Shown: positions 9,181 to 19,016 of the stretch, piece after piece
Layout of the letters: the number at the start of each line of letters is the position of its first letter
How positions within the stretch are numbered: position 1 is the first letter of the stretch
Source of the DNA: Longimicrobiales bacterium
GTDB lineage: Bacteria > Gemmatimonadota > Gemmatimonadetes > Longimicrobiales > Gaopeijiaceae
Length of the DNA stretch: 64,000 nt
Assembly (NCBI GenBank): GCA_965202805.1
Contig: OZ241869.1
Span: 2,592,001 to 2,656,000 of the forward strand
Direction: 5' to 3'
Notes under the pieces: model-generated
Told to the model about the DNA's origin: nothing
Seen by the model: only the letters and a program-made list of their open reading frames with translations
The model's database searches: none
Made by a program: the position numbers and the translations under genes

Positions 9181-10080
9181 GTGACCTCCGTCGGTCGGGT
9201 GCATGCAGTCGTCGGGGGCGTCTACCGCGTCGAGCTCGACGACGGCGGTTCGGTCGACTCCTCGCTCCGCGGACGGCTCAAGGCCAGGCCCTGGAAGGGA
9301 GGCCGCGTGGTCATCGGCGATCGCGTCAGGGTGGCGGTCGATGGCGACGACGCCACCATCGAGGAGGTGCTCCCGCGCACGACCACCTTCCTGCGCCGGG
9401 GGGCGCACGGGCGGACGGCGAAGGTGATGGCGGCCAATCTCGAACGGGTCGTCGTGGTGATGTCGGCGCGCAACCCGGATCTCAGCCTGGGTTATCTGGA
9501 CCGCATCCTCGCCGTGTGCGCGGCCAACGCGCTTCCCTGCACGCTGGTGATCAACAAGCAGGACCTTCCGGGAGCTCCCGCGGCCTCGGAGCCGGTGCGC
9601 GACCTGTATCGCGGGATCGGCTACGAAGTCGTCCTTGCCAGCGCCGAATCGGGCCTCGGCCTCGAGCGGCTGCGCTCGGTCGCCGTGCGCGGCATCTGCG
9701 CTCTGATCGGCCCCTCGGGGGCGGGCAAGTCCAGCCTCCTGAACCGGCTGGACCCGTCCCTGGACCTGCGCATCGGCGACCTCAGCCGCAAGACCGGCAC
9801 GGGCCGGCACACCACGGTGACCAGCCGCCTGCTTCGGCTCTCCGACGGTACCCTGGTGGCGGACACGCCGGGTTTCGGAGACGTCGGCCTGTGGGGTGTT
9901 CCGGCGAGGCGACTTGACCGATGTTTCCCCGAGATCGAAACGCTCGCGGACGAATGCCGGTTCCGCGGGTGCAGCCATGTGCATGAACCCGACTGCGCCG
10001 TCGGCGAAAGCGTCCGAACGGGGCGGATCGCACAGAGCCGCTACGCGCACTACCAGGCACTGCTGGAGGAAGCCGATTGA
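9181..10080 (+). CDS. rsgA: Ribosome small subunit-dependent GTPase A
   Basis: Circularly permuted GTPase: NKQD, GPSGAGKSSL, GRHTT, DTPG; C-terminal CRFRGCSHVHEPDC zinc site. Confidence 0.95.
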   Translation: MTSVGRVHAVVGGVYRVELDDGGSVDSSLRGRLKARPWKGGRVVIGDRVRVAVDGDDATIEEVLPRTTTFLRRGAHGRTAKVMAANLERVVVVMSARNPDLSLGYLDRILAVCAANALPCTLVINKQDLPGAPAASEPVRDLYRGIGYEVVLASAESGLGLERLRSVAVRGICALIGPSGAGKSSLLNRLDPSLDLRIGDLSRKTGTGRHTTVTSRLLRLSDGTLVADTPGFGDVGLWGVPARRLDRCFPEIETLADECRFRGCSHVHEPDCAVGESVRTGRIAQSRYAHYQALLEEAD

Positions 10081-10106
10081 ATGCGCCCGGGCGGGGAGGA
10101 TCGGCA

Positions 10107-10628
10107 ATGGAAGCCGGGCGCGGGGCCCCGCGGACGGTCGGGACCGCCTCCGGATTGGACGGAATGGTAGACCAGAATCGGTTTCGGGACGTGATGAGTC
10201 GCCTGGTGACCGGCGTTGCGGTGGTCGCCAGCCGGCTCGACGGCTCGGTGCACGGGCTGACGGTCAACGCCGTCAGCTCGGTGTCGCTGGATCCGCCCCT
10301 GGTCCTGGTGTGTCTCGACCGGGGCGGAAACTCGCACGATCCCGTCATTGCCTCGGGGGCCTTCGCGGTCAGCGTGCTGGCGAGCGACCAGGAAGAACTG
10401 GCCCATCGCTTCGCGCGCGGAACCCACCGCGAGCGATTCGCCGGGGTCGAGTTTCGCGACGGCGCGTCCGGCAGCCCGGTCCTGCCGGACGCACTCGCCT
10501 GGCTGGACTGCGCGATCCGGGCCGTGCATCCCGCGGGCGACCATTCCATCGTGGTGGGTGAGGTGCTGGGGTGCGGGGCCGGGGAAGGCGATCCGCTGGT
10601 GTTCTTCCGAAGCGAGTACGGGCGATGA
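10107..10628 (+). CDS. Flavin reductase family protein
   Basis: FRDVMSRLVTGVAVV, SVSLDPPLVLVC, AGDHSIVVGEV; GGAGG RBS before 10107. Confidence 0.9.
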   Translation: MEAGRGAPRTVGTASGLDGMVDQNRFRDVMSRLVTGVAVVASRLDGSVHGLTVNAVSSVSLDPPLVLVCLDRGGNSHDPVIASGAFAVSVLASDQEELAHRFARGTHRERFAGVEFRDGASGSPVLPDALAWLDCAIRAVHPAGDHSIVVGEVLGCGAGEGDPLVFFRSEYGR

Positions 10629-11413
10629 CGGGCATGGGCACGACGATCCGCCGGACGCATCTGGCAGCGTTTCTTCTCGGCGGAGTGATGGGCGTGATGG
10701 CCGAGATGGCCGCCGGGCTGATCCTCTACGAGGGATCCGGGCTCCTGCGGGCGACCACCGTCGTCCTCACGACCGAGGCCGCCGCCGCGGGGGCGGGGCT
10801 GCTCTTCGCCACCCGCGTTCCCACGGACGAGATACCCCGGCACCTGCGGCGACACCTGCACCTCACGCTGGTGTCGCTGGGGCTCGCCGGCATCCTGACG
10901 TCGTTGTGGGGCTACTTCGGCGGCCTGTCGGTGGTCCAGGGCGGACAGGCGGCCGCGCTGGCCCTGCTGGCGGCGCTCCCGCTCTACATGGCGGGATCGG
11001 TGCTCGGGCTGGTGTGCCGGGCGGACAGCCGCACTGCACAGGGGGGAACCGTGGCCGGGGGCGGACCCGCGCTGCTGGGCGCCGCGACCGGATTCCTGCT
11101 CTACGGGCTCTTCCTGATTCCGCGTCTCGCGCCCCCGGTGCTGGTGCTGTTGTGCATGGCCGCGGTGTCGGGCGCTGCCCTGCTGGTTGGATCCGCCCTC
11201 ACGCGCGAGAGCGAGGATTCGGGCGACGGGGAGGCAGACCGAACGGATCCTGACGCCGCGGCCGGGGAAGAAGATGCGGCGGGCGCGGCCCGGGTGCTCC
11301 AGATGTCCCTGGAGGACGAAGGGCTTGGCGCACCAGCCGGGCCGGCGACGCTTCGGGACTCGGGGGAGCATCGACCTCAACCATTCGAATCAGCAGGAAA
11401 CCGGGAGTCATGA
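10625..11413 (+). CDS. Multi-pass membrane protein (resembles the membrane region of fused MFS/spermidine synthases)
   Basis: About six hydrophobic segments; ATGA overlap with the upstream gene; acidic low-complexity tail. Confidence 0.6.
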   Translation: MTGMGTTIRRTHLAAFLLGGVMGVMAEMAAGLILYEGSGLLRATTVVLTTEAAAAGAGLLFATRVPTDEIPRHLRRHLHLTLVSLGLAGILTSLWGYFGGLSVVQGGQAAALALLAALPLYMAGSVLGLVCRADSRTAQGGTVAGGGPALLGAATGFLLYGLFLIPRLAPPVLVLLCMAAVSGAALLVGSALTRESEDSGDGEADRTDPDAAAGEEDAAGAARVLQMSLEDEGLGAPAGPATLRDSGEHRPQPFESAGNRES

Positions 11414-12150
11414 CAGAGATGAGGGACAGCAGACACGGCAGGTGCACGGACAATACGCGCGCGGCAGCCTTCGTTTTTCTGGCGGCGATCGGTCTGGCGG
11501 CATGCGCTCCCCAGGGCGGCGGCGGGCGGCTCGAGGTGCGCACGCTCGAAGTCCGAGCCACCAGCGCGGACAGCATGGTCGTCGAGGGCGCCGCCGTCGA
11601 TTCCACCTGGACCATCCCCGGGGACGACGCCCGGCAGCTGACCCGTTCGCTGGTGCTCGAGCCGGGCGACCAGTCGGAGACCCCGAACCCGCTCGTGGAT
11701 GTCGCCCTGCGCGCACTGGTCACGGGCTACCAGTTTCTCCCACCGGGCGAACTCCCGGACGACATCGAGAGCACCGAGGACAGCGCCAATGGGCTCCTGG
11801 AGATATCCCTGCAGCAGGGAATCAATTTCCGGGCGATCGTGGTCACCAACTACAGCCGGGGCGAAGACCTCGCGTGGCGCGGCCAGGCCAGCTTCGGGGA
11901 CCGCATGGTGTGGATCGACAGCCGGGTCTTGCCCGCGGACACCGTCAGGCTCGCTCTGGATGGAGACTACGAGGATGTGCGCGATGTCGCGGGCGGGCAG
12001 CAGGCCGTCCTGCGCGCGCAGGGCACCCTCTCCGTGGCCACGGGCGGCGAATACGCGGTCGAGTTGACGGAGCGCGTCGAGATCATGGAGGTGTCGGCCG
12101 AGGGCGTGGCGCGGATGATGGGCGGCGTGAGGGTTGAGTCGGAGCCGTAG
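11410..12150 (+). CDS. Hypothetical lipoprotein
   Basis: Lipobox LAAC after a hydrophobic stretch; ATGA overlap with the upstream gene. Confidence 0.65.
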   Translation: MTEMRDSRHGRCTDNTRAAAFVFLAAIGLAACAPQGGGGRLEVRTLEVRATSADSMVVEGAAVDSTWTIPGDDARQLTRSLVLEPGDQSETPNPLVDVALRALVTGYQFLPPGELPDDIESTEDSANGLLEISLQQGINFRAIVVTNYSRGEDLAWRGQASFGDRMVWIDSRVLPADTVRLALDGDYEDVRDVAGGQQAVLRAQGTLSVATGGEYAVELTERVEIMEVSAEGVARMMGGVRVESEP

Positions 12151-12158
12151 GAGATCCA

Positions 12159-12178
12159 GCAGTCCGTGGACGAATCCG
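12159..12178 (+). repeat. Dispersed repeat arm (copy of the arm of the 18914-18967 inverted repeat)
   Basis: GCAGTCCGTGGACGAATCCG is 19/20 identical to the reverse complement of 18948-18967. Confidence 0.6.
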
Positions 12179-12228
12179 CGCGCGCACCGAGAGCGGCGAG
12201 GCGCCGGGCCGGCAAGGCGCCTTGAAGG

Positions 12229-13419
12229 TCAGGGCGCGGCTGGTTCGAGCCTGCTGACCACGGCCCGCGGAACGTCCAGTTCGTCCTCGCGGCGCAGCAG
12301 TACGACGTCCCTTCTCGCGTCCAGCAGTTCCTCGTCGGCCGCCAGCGTCACCTGGAACAACGGCGTGAACCGCTCCATGTCCCACACCCGCCAGGTCACG
12401 CTGTCCTGGTCGGTGAAGTGGTAGTCGCGCACCCAGAGCCTCTCGTCGAAGTCGACGAACAGCTCATCGATGGGCGGTGCCAGGTCGTTCACCGGCCAAT
12501 GGTCCATATTGAGGCGCAGCGAGCGTAGGTCGGCTACTTCCTCTTCGGACCAAACCCGGCTCAACATCGTCGCCATTCTCGATGGTTCATCAGCCCTGTA
12601 GTCGCGTACCGCACGCACCTGGTCTCCGGATGGTCGAACGGCAGGGGGCATGGGGATGCGGCCGACTTCGCCTCCATCCCATCCGAACACCCGGATCGCT
12701 TCCTGGTCGGTCTCGGCGATGGTGACGCGATCCGAAGAGGCCGCCATCAGGGTGGAATGCCCGAAGATCACGCTGCCACTGCTGTTCGCCTCGTAGTAGT
12801 ATTCGGAGCCCTTGGCCTGGGCGACGACCTCAACTTCGCCTGCGCTGTTCACCGCCAGGTACTCGATCGCGTCCCATGTACGTCCCCGGTAGCTGCGGAA
12901 ATCCTTGTCGTCCCTGTCACGGAAGACGATACGACCATCCGGATGAACGGCTACCGGCAGTGCGTCCATGACGCCGCCCTTGAACGGGGCGGTGTTGTAG
13001 CGCATGTCGCCCACAAGCTCGCCGCTGTTGTCGAGGAACACGACGCGAACCCGGTAGTTGTCCTGGAGCGCGATGCCCTGCGGGCTACGCAAGACACGCT
13101 GGATGCGGCGGAACTCGAGTGGCCCCCCGCCTTCCCGGCCGAACACTTTGGCTTCCCCGGACGCCATGTCGACGAAGTAGACCTCGGTGCGTTCGACCAG
13201 AACCATTCCGGAATCGGGAAGGAAGAACCCGCCGACGATGACCGACAATGCGTGGGTGAGCTGTGGAAGCTCCGACGAGTCGAACGTCGAAGGACCGGGG
13301 AGGAGGGAGTGGTTCGCCTCCTGTTCCGCGCGAGGCTGGTTCGAGGCATCCCCCATGCCTCCGCATCCCGCGCTCCACATGCCCAGGCAGAGTAGTCCGG
13401 CGATCGGCTTCTTTCGCAT
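12229..13419 (-). CDS. 6-bladed beta-propeller-like lipoprotein
   Basis: Lipobox SAGC; FGREGGGPLEF motif, ELFVDFDERLWVRDY, DELDVPRAV C-terminus; more A/T-ending codons than its neighbours. Confidence 0.75.
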   Translation of the reverse strand: MRKKPIAGLLCLGMWSAGCGGMGDASNQPRAEQEANHSLLPGPSTFDSSELPQLTHALSVIVGGFFLPDSGMVLVERTEVYFVDMASGEAKVFGREGGGPLEFRRIQRVLRSPQGIALQDNYRVRVVFLDNSGELVGDMRYNTAPFKGGVMDALPVAVHPDGRIVFRDRDDKDFRSYRGRTWDAIEYLAVNSAGEVEVVAQAKGSEYYYEANSSGSVIFGHSTLMAASSDRVTIAETDQEAIRVFGWDGGEVGRIPMPPAVRPSGDQVRAVRDYRADEPSRMATMLSRVWSEEEVADLRSLRLNMDHWPVNDLAPPIDELFVDFDERLWVRDYHFTDQDSVTWRVWDMERFTPLFQVTLAADEELLDARRDVVLLRREDELDVPRAVVSRLEPAAP

Positions 13420-13546
13420 GTCTGCTGTCCTAACCGAGACTCGATGGTGCGGCAAGGGGTCACCCCCGCAAGGCGCGCCTGCCGGTCCGCACGAATGCGT
13501 GTCCGCCGGACCAGATCGGATGATGGACTAAGTCCGGTTAGTTGGA

Positions 13547-15556
13547 CTAATCTGCTCTTTGCAGCAGCAGATTCCCCGATTCGTCGACCTGCGCGCGCCA
13601 CCCGGAAGGAATCCAGGTGGTCGAGCTGTACTCCAGGACGAGGCCCGGGCCCGGCAGCGCGTGCCCGGCGCGAAGATCGCGCCGCCACCAGCAGGCGGCG
13701 TCGCGGAGGCGGCCGCCGGCGTGTACCCGGGCGGTGCGGGCGGGCGGCGTGGCCTCGGTTGCGGGCTGGAGCGCGGGCGGGTCCAGGGACAGGCCGGGGG
13801 CCCGGGTCACGACCCGCAGCGTCACCGCCTCTACCCGGGCGTCGTCCTGGCGGTAGCCGTACCGCTGCGCGTGGGCCCGGTGGAATCGCTCCACCCAGCC
13901 GTCCGCGCGCACCGGGAGCTCGTAGCTCTGGCCCAGGTAGCGGGCGTCCACCCAGCGCTCCACGGCGAGCGACGCGCGGCCGTAGCCTTCTTCGGCCATG
14001 CGGGTGGTCGCGGTCTGCTCCAGCTCGGCGAACACCTCGCCGAGCTGGGCGTCGCAGGCGGCGTCATCGTGGGCGACGAGCACCGTGCGCGAGGCCTCCT
14101 TGGTGACCGGGGCGGCCAGCATGCCGTAGGCGGACAGCAGGCCCGGGTCGGGCGGGATCATCGCGCCGGCGGCGCCCAGGCGCTCGCTCAGCTCCGCCAC
14201 GTGGAGGCCCCCCGCCCCCCCGAACGCGACCACCACGAAGCCGGCCGGGTCGTGGCCGCGCTCCACCGAGATGACGCGCAGCGCCCGTTCCATCGAGCTG
14301 TTCACCACGGCCAGGATGCCGGCCGCCGCGTCCTCCATGGTGGAGCCCAGACGGCCGGCCAGCTCGGCCAGGGGCGCCTCCACCGCGCCCCGGTCGAGGG
14401 TCGCGCCACCACCCAGGAAGCCGTCCGCGGGCAGGCGGCCCAACCACACGTGGGCGTCGGTGACGGTCAGCCCCCCACCCCCGCGACCGTAGCAGATCGG
14501 CCCCGGCACCGCGCCCGCGCTCTCGGGACCCACCCGGAGGGCGCCGCCGGGGTCCACCCGGGCGAGGGAGCCGCCGCCGGCCCCCACCGTGTGGATGTCG
14601 ATCACCGGGATGGCGGCGGGCTGCCCTCCGATGGTGAATTCCCGGGTGCGCAACGGCCGTCCCGGGCAGAGCGACACATCGGTGGAGGTGCCGCCCATGT
14701 CGAAGGTGACGATGTCCCGGAAGCCGGCCCGACGCGCCCAGGCGAGCGCCCCCACCACCCCGCCCGCCGGCCCCGACAGGACGGTGTGAACCGGCTCCTC
14801 GCGCGCCCGCGCGACCGGCAGCGCCCCCCCGTTCGACCCCATGATGCGGACCGCCCGCGCCCCCGACCGCTCCTCCAGCCGCCCCAGGTAGCCGGAAACC
14901 ACCGGCGCGATGTAGGCGTTCACGACCGTGGTCGAGGTGCGCTCGTACTCGCGGTACTCGGGGAGGATCTCCGAGGACACCGAGACCGCATGGCCCGCCG
15001 CGCGCAGCCGTTCCGCCACCGCCGCCTCGTGCGCGGGGTCGGCGTAGGCGTGCAGCAGCGCCACCGCCCACACCTCCGCCTCGCGGTCCCCCAGCGCTTC
15101 GACCTCGGCCGGGTCGAGCGGCTCGATCTCCTCCCCCTGCGGCCCCAGCCGCCCGCGGATGCCCACCCGGTCGGCGCGCGCCACCAGCGGCGGCGGCCGG
15201 TGCCCGGCCAGGGCGTAGAGCTGCGGGCGGTTCTGGCGCCCGATCTCGATCACGTCCTCGAAGCCCCGGTTGGTCACCAGCACGACGCGCGCGCCCTTGC
15301 GCTCGAGCAGGGCGTTGGTCCCGACCGTCGAGCCGTGCACCATCAGGAAGGGCCGGTCCTCGTCCATCAGCTGCCGCACCCCCGAGAGCACCGCCTCCGA
15401 GGGATCCGCCGGAGTGGAGGGCAGCTTCAGTGTGGAAACCCGCCCGCCGCGGTAGAGCACGAAGTCGGTGAAGGTCCCCCCCGTGTCCACCGCCAGCACC
15501 GGGACACCGGACACCCGGTCCGGCGCCACCTGCCCGCCCGGGGTGTTGCTAGGCAT
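13547..15556 (-). CDS. Hydantoinase A/5-oxoprolinase alpha subunit family
   Basis: VDTGGTFTD, HGSTVGTNALLE, EYERTSTT, LSGPAGG, FDMGGTSTDV, GAGGGS, AFGGAGGLH. Confidence 0.92.
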   Translation of the reverse strand: MPSNTPGGQVAPDRVSGVPVLAVDTGGTFTDFVLYRGGRVSTLKLPSTPADPSEAVLSGVRQLMDEDRPFLMVHGSTVGTNALLERKGARVVLVTNRGFEDVIEIGRQNRPQLYALAGHRPPPLVARADRVGIRGRLGPQGEEIEPLDPAEVEALGDREAEVWAVALLHAYADPAHEAAVAERLRAAGHAVSVSSEILPEYREYERTSTTVVNAYIAPVVSGYLGRLEERSGARAVRIMGSNGGALPVARAREEPVHTVLSGPAGGVVGALAWARRAGFRDIVTFDMGGTSTDVSLCPGRPLRTREFTIGGQPAAIPVIDIHTVGAGGGSLARVDPGGALRVGPESAGAVPGPICYGRGGGGLTVTDAHVWLGRLPADGFLGGGATLDRGAVEAPLAELAGRLGSTMEDAAAGILAVVNSSMERALRVISVERGHDPAGFVVVAFGGAGGLHVAELSERLGAAGAMIPPDPGLLSAYGMLAAPVTKEASRTVLVAHDDAACDAQLGEVFAELEQTATTRMAEEGYGRASLAVERWVDARYLGQSYELPVRADGWVERFHRAHAQRYGYRQDDARVEAVTLRVVTRAPGLSLDPPALQPATEATPPARTARVHAGGRLRDAACWWRRDLRAGHALPGPGLVLEYSSTTWIPSGWRAQVDESGNLLLQRAD

Positions 15557-15581
15557 CGGCGAGCGCGTCAGGTTCGGTCGC

Positions 15582-17090
15582 ATGAATCCTGGCCTCTCCT
15601 TCGAGCGCTTCCGCGACCTTGCCCGCAACAGCCGTCTGGTGCCGGTGTGGACGGAGTTGCTCTTCGATGTGGACACGGCGGTCACCGCCTACGCGCGGAT
15701 TGTGCGCCCGCCCTGGGGCTTCCTGCTGGAGTCGGTGGTGGGAGGCGAGCGCTGGGCGCGCTACAGCTTTCTGGGGACGGATCCGGCGGCGGTCTGGCGC
15801 CTCCACGGCGGCAGCGCCACCTGGTGGACGCGCGACGGCGGCTGGCAGCCGGTCGACGCCGAGGACCCCCTCGCCGACCTCTCGCGGCGGCTGGAGGCGT
15901 ACCGGCCGGCCTCCGTCCCGGAACTCCCCCGCTTCTGGGGAGGCGCCGTCGGGTATCTGGGATACGATGTGGTGCGCCAGCTGGAGCGGTTGCCCGACGC
16001 TCCGCCGGACGACCTCGACATCCCCGACGCGGTGTTCATGTTCACCGATGTCGTGCTCGCCGTCGACAACCTGCTGGGGCGGGCGAACGTCATCGCCGCC
16101 GTTCCGGTCGAGCCCGGGCTCGGGGAGGAGGAGCTGCGCGCCCGCTATGAGCGCGGGCTCAGGAAGGTCGCCGCCGTGATCCACTCCCTGCGCACGGCCC
16201 CGGCGCCCCCTCCCATGGAGCTGCTCCCCGAGCCCGCCTCCGACCCCGGGTTCGAGAGCAGCATGAGCCGGGAGGAGTTCGAGGGCGCCGTCGAGACCAT
16301 CCGCGACTACATCTTCGCCGGCGACGCCTTCCAGGTGGTGCTCAGCCAGCGGCTCCGGATGTCGCTCGCGGGTTCGCCCTTCGAGCTGTACCGGGTGCTC
16401 CGGACGCTCAACCCGTCGCCCTACCTGTACTTCGTCGAGCTGGACGGCGTCACCCTGGTGGGCAGCTCCCCGGAGCTGCTGGTTCGGGTGGAGGATGGCG
16501 TCGTGACCGTGCGCCCCATCGCCGGGACGCGCCCGCGGGGCGCCACCCCCGGGGAGGACGCCCGCCTGGCCGCCGAACTGGCCGCGGACGAGAAGGAGCT
16601 GGCGGAGCACCGCATGCTCGTCGACCTCGGGCGCAACGACGTGGGCCGGGTGGCGCGCTCCGGCACCGTGCGCGTCTCGGAGTTGATGGCGATCGAGCGC
16701 TACTCGCACGTCATGCACATCGTCAGCCGGGTGGAGGGGGAGCTCAGGGAGGGGCTTACGGCGCTGGATGCGCTCCTGGCCGGCTTCCCCGCGGGAACGC
16801 TCTCGGGAGCGCCCAAGGTGCGCGCCATGGAGATCATCGACGAACTGGAACCCGTGCGCCGGGGTCCCTACGCCGGCGCCGTCGGCTATCTGGCCTACGG
16901 GGGCAGGACGATGGACACCGCCATCGCCATCCGCACGCTGCTGGCGACGCGGGGGAAGGCCTACGTGCAGGCGGGGGCCGGGATCGTGGCGGACTCCGAT
17001 CCCGGCGCCGAATACGAGGAGACGCTCAACAAGGCGCGGGCGCTGCTCAGGGCGGGGAAGATGATCTCCGGGGCCGACTCGACGGACTGA
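15582..17090 (+). CDS. trpE: Anthranilate synthase component I (TrpE/PabB family)
   Basis: FLLESV.GG.RWARYS, FQVVLSQR, NPSPY, GSSPE, RPIAGT, EHRMLVDLGRND, GTLSGAPKVRAM, QAGAGIVADS. Confidence 0.9.
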   Translation: MNPGLSFERFRDLARNSRLVPVWTELLFDVDTAVTAYARIVRPPWGFLLESVVGGERWARYSFLGTDPAAVWRLHGGSATWWTRDGGWQPVDAEDPLADLSRRLEAYRPASVPELPRFWGGAVGYLGYDVVRQLERLPDAPPDDLDIPDAVFMFTDVVLAVDNLLGRANVIAAVPVEPGLGEEELRARYERGLRKVAAVIHSLRTAPAPPPMELLPEPASDPGFESSMSREEFEGAVETIRDYIFAGDAFQVVLSQRLRMSLAGSPFELYRVLRTLNPSPYLYFVELDGVTLVGSSPELLVRVEDGVVTVRPIAGTRPRGATPGEDARLAAELAADEKELAEHRMLVDLGRNDVGRVARSGTVRVSELMAIERYSHVMHIVSRVEGELREGLTALDALLAGFPAGTLSGAPKVRAMEIIDELEPVRRGPYAGAVGYLAYGGRTMDTAIAIRTLLATRGKAYVQAGAGIVADSDPGAEYEETLNKARALLRAGKMISGADSTD

Positions 17091-17103
17091 GGCGTTTCCG
17101 ACA

Positions 17104-17212
17104 CCCGTCCGCCGCCACGCATCCAGATCGGATTCGAGCGCGCGCGGCATCGCGCCGCCTGGTCCGCGCCCGTCCGTCGCCACCCCGCAAGTCCGGATTC
17201 GAGGGCGCACGG
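17104..17212. repeat. Two imperfect 44-nt direct repeats (17104-17147 and 17169-17212)
   Basis: CCCGTCCGYCGCCAC-N10-CGGATTCGAG-SGCGCRCGG occurs twice, period 65. Confidence 0.6.
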
Positions 17213-17221
17213 AGCGTCCGC

Positions 17222-18601
17222 TCAGGAGGCGAAGGCGCCGCTCCCCAGCTCCTCCAGCAGCGCGGCGAGGGCGACGATGCCCTTGTCGAAGTTCTCCAGC
17301 GGAAACCACTCGTCGGGGGCGTGCATGTTGGCCCCGGGGAGCGCGAACCCCAGAAGGAGCACCGGCGCCTCGAGGATGCGCTCGAACTCGCCCACGATGG
17401 GGATCGAGCCCCCCTCGCCGGTGAGCACCGGCGGCCGCCCGAAGGAGCGCGCCAGCGCCCGGCTGGCCGCGTCGATCAGGCCTCCCGACACCTGTCCCCG
17501 CCACGGCATTCCGCCATGCAGCTCCTCGATCTCGACCCGGACCTCCGGGGGCGCCACCCGCGCGACATGGGCCCGCAGCAGCTCCGCCACCCGCGCCGGA
17601 TCCTGGTCGGGAACCAGCCGGAAGCTGACCTTGGCCATGGAGTGCGCCGGGAGCACCGTCTTGGCGCCTTCGCCGGTGTAGCCGGAGAGGAGGCCGTTGA
17701 CCTCGCAGGTGGGACGGATCCAGAGGCGCTCCAGGGTCGAGTACCCGGCCTCGCCCGAGAGCGCGGCCACGCCCACGCCCGCGCGGAACTCCTCGTCGTC
17801 GAAGGGCAGCGCGCGAATCTCCGTGCGGGTCTCCCCGCCCCAGTCCACGACATCGTCGTAGAACCCCTCGATCGCGATGCGCCCGTCGCCGTCGTGCAGC
17901 GTTCCCAGGATGCGGGCGAGCGCCATCGCCGGGTTGACCACCCCGCCCCCGTAGCTGCCCGAGTGCAGATCGCTGGCAGGCCCGTGCACGGTGATCTCGA
18001 AGTAGGCCAGGCCGCGCAGCGAGAAGAGCACCGAGGGCAGGCCGGGCGCGAACATCGCCGAATCGGAGATCACCACCACGTCGCACGCCAGCCGCTCGGC
18101 GTGCGCCTCCACGAACGGGATGAGGTTGGGCGAGCCGATCTCCTCCTCCCCCTCGGCGAGCACGATCAGGTTGACCGGAAGCCGGCCGTCGGCGGCCAGC
18201 AGCGACTCCGCGGCCTTCACGTGCAGGAAGAGCTGTCCCTTGTCGTCGGCGGACCCCCGTGCGTAGATGCGCCCGTCGCGCACGTCCGGCTCGAAGGCCG
18301 GAGCCGTCCACAACTCCAGGGGCTCGGCGGGCTGGACGTCGTAATGGCCGTACACCAGCACGGTGGGGGCGTCCTCCCCCGCTCCGCGCCACTCGCCGAG
18401 CACCACCGGGTGGCGCGGCGTCTCCAGGATCTCGGCCTCCAGGCCGATGTCCTGCATGCGTTCGCGCAGCCAGCCCGCGGCGTCGCGCGTGTCCCCGTTG
18501 TGTTCGGACTTCGCGCTGATGGAGGGAATGCGCAGGAAGTCGAAGAGCTCCGCCAGAAACCGGTCCAGGTTGTCGGCGGTGAATCGCTCCGCAGCCGTCA
18601 C
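17222..18601 (-). CDS. M20 family dipeptidase
   Basis: YGHYDVQP, ARGSADDKGQ, EGEEEIGS, DLHSG, GGSIP, HAPDE; GTGA overlap with the upstream gene. Confidence 0.93.
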   Translation of the reverse strand: MTAAERFTADNLDRFLAELFDFLRIPSISAKSEHNGDTRDAAGWLRERMQDIGLEAEILETPRHPVVLGEWRGAGEDAPTVLVYGHYDVQPAEPLELWTAPAFEPDVRDGRIYARGSADDKGQLFLHVKAAESLLAADGRLPVNLIVLAEGEEEIGSPNLIPFVEAHAERLACDVVVISDSAMFAPGLPSVLFSLRGLAYFEITVHGPASDLHSGSYGGGVVNPAMALARILGTLHDGDGRIAIEGFYDDVVDWGGETRTEIRALPFDDEEFRAGVGVAALSGEAGYSTLERLWIRPTCEVNGLLSGYTGEGAKTVLPAHSMAKVSFRLVPDQDPARVAELLRAHVARVAPPEVRVEIEELHGGMPWRGQVSGGLIDAASRALARSFGRPPVLTGEGGSIPIVGEFERILEAPVLLLGFALPGANMHAPDEWFPLENFDKGIVALAALLEELGSGAFAS

Positions 18602-18876
18602 ATCCACCCCCGAATGCCCCAGCGGTAGGTCCAGGACATGAGCGCGGCCAGCACGACCGCGCCGATCATCCCTCCCGCGCTGAGCGCCACGGGATCGTCG
18701 AATTCGAGGATGCCGACGCCCAGCATGCCCCCGATGACCGCGCCGAAGGCCCCGAACACCGCCAGCAGCCAGGTGTGGCCGGCGGTCTCCTCGGGCCGCT
18801 TCACCACCACCTTCATCATCAGCCCGATGAAGGCGCCGACAACGATCCACACACCGACGCCGATCCAGTTCTCCAT
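18598..18876 (-). CDS. Small membrane protein, GlsB/YeaQ/YmgE-like stress family
   Basis: Three Gly-rich hydrophobic segments (WIVVGAFIGL, FGAFGAVIGG, MIGAVVLAA). Confidence 0.7.
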   Translation of the reverse strand: MENWIGVGVWIVVGAFIGLMMKVVVKRPEETAGHTWLLAVFGAFGAVIGGMLGVGILEFDDPVALSAGGMIGAVVLAALMSWTYRWGIRGWM

Positions 18877-18913
18877 GGCGCTATCCCGAAATCCGGTTGA
18901 GGGAGTTGGTCGA

Positions 18914-18967
18914 GCAGCCCGTGGACGAACTTCCCCCGGCATTCGAACGGATTCATCCACGGACTGC
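18914..18967. repeat. Inverted repeat, MITE- or REP-like element
   Basis: GCAGCCCGTGGACGAA ... TTCATCCACGGACTGC; 16-bp arms whose two mismatches become G-U pairs on the minus-strand RNA. Confidence 0.65.
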
Positions 18968-19016
18968 CAGCGGCGAAAATCTACCCGCGCGCGGAGCGGG
19001 AAGCCACCCCGGGGAC

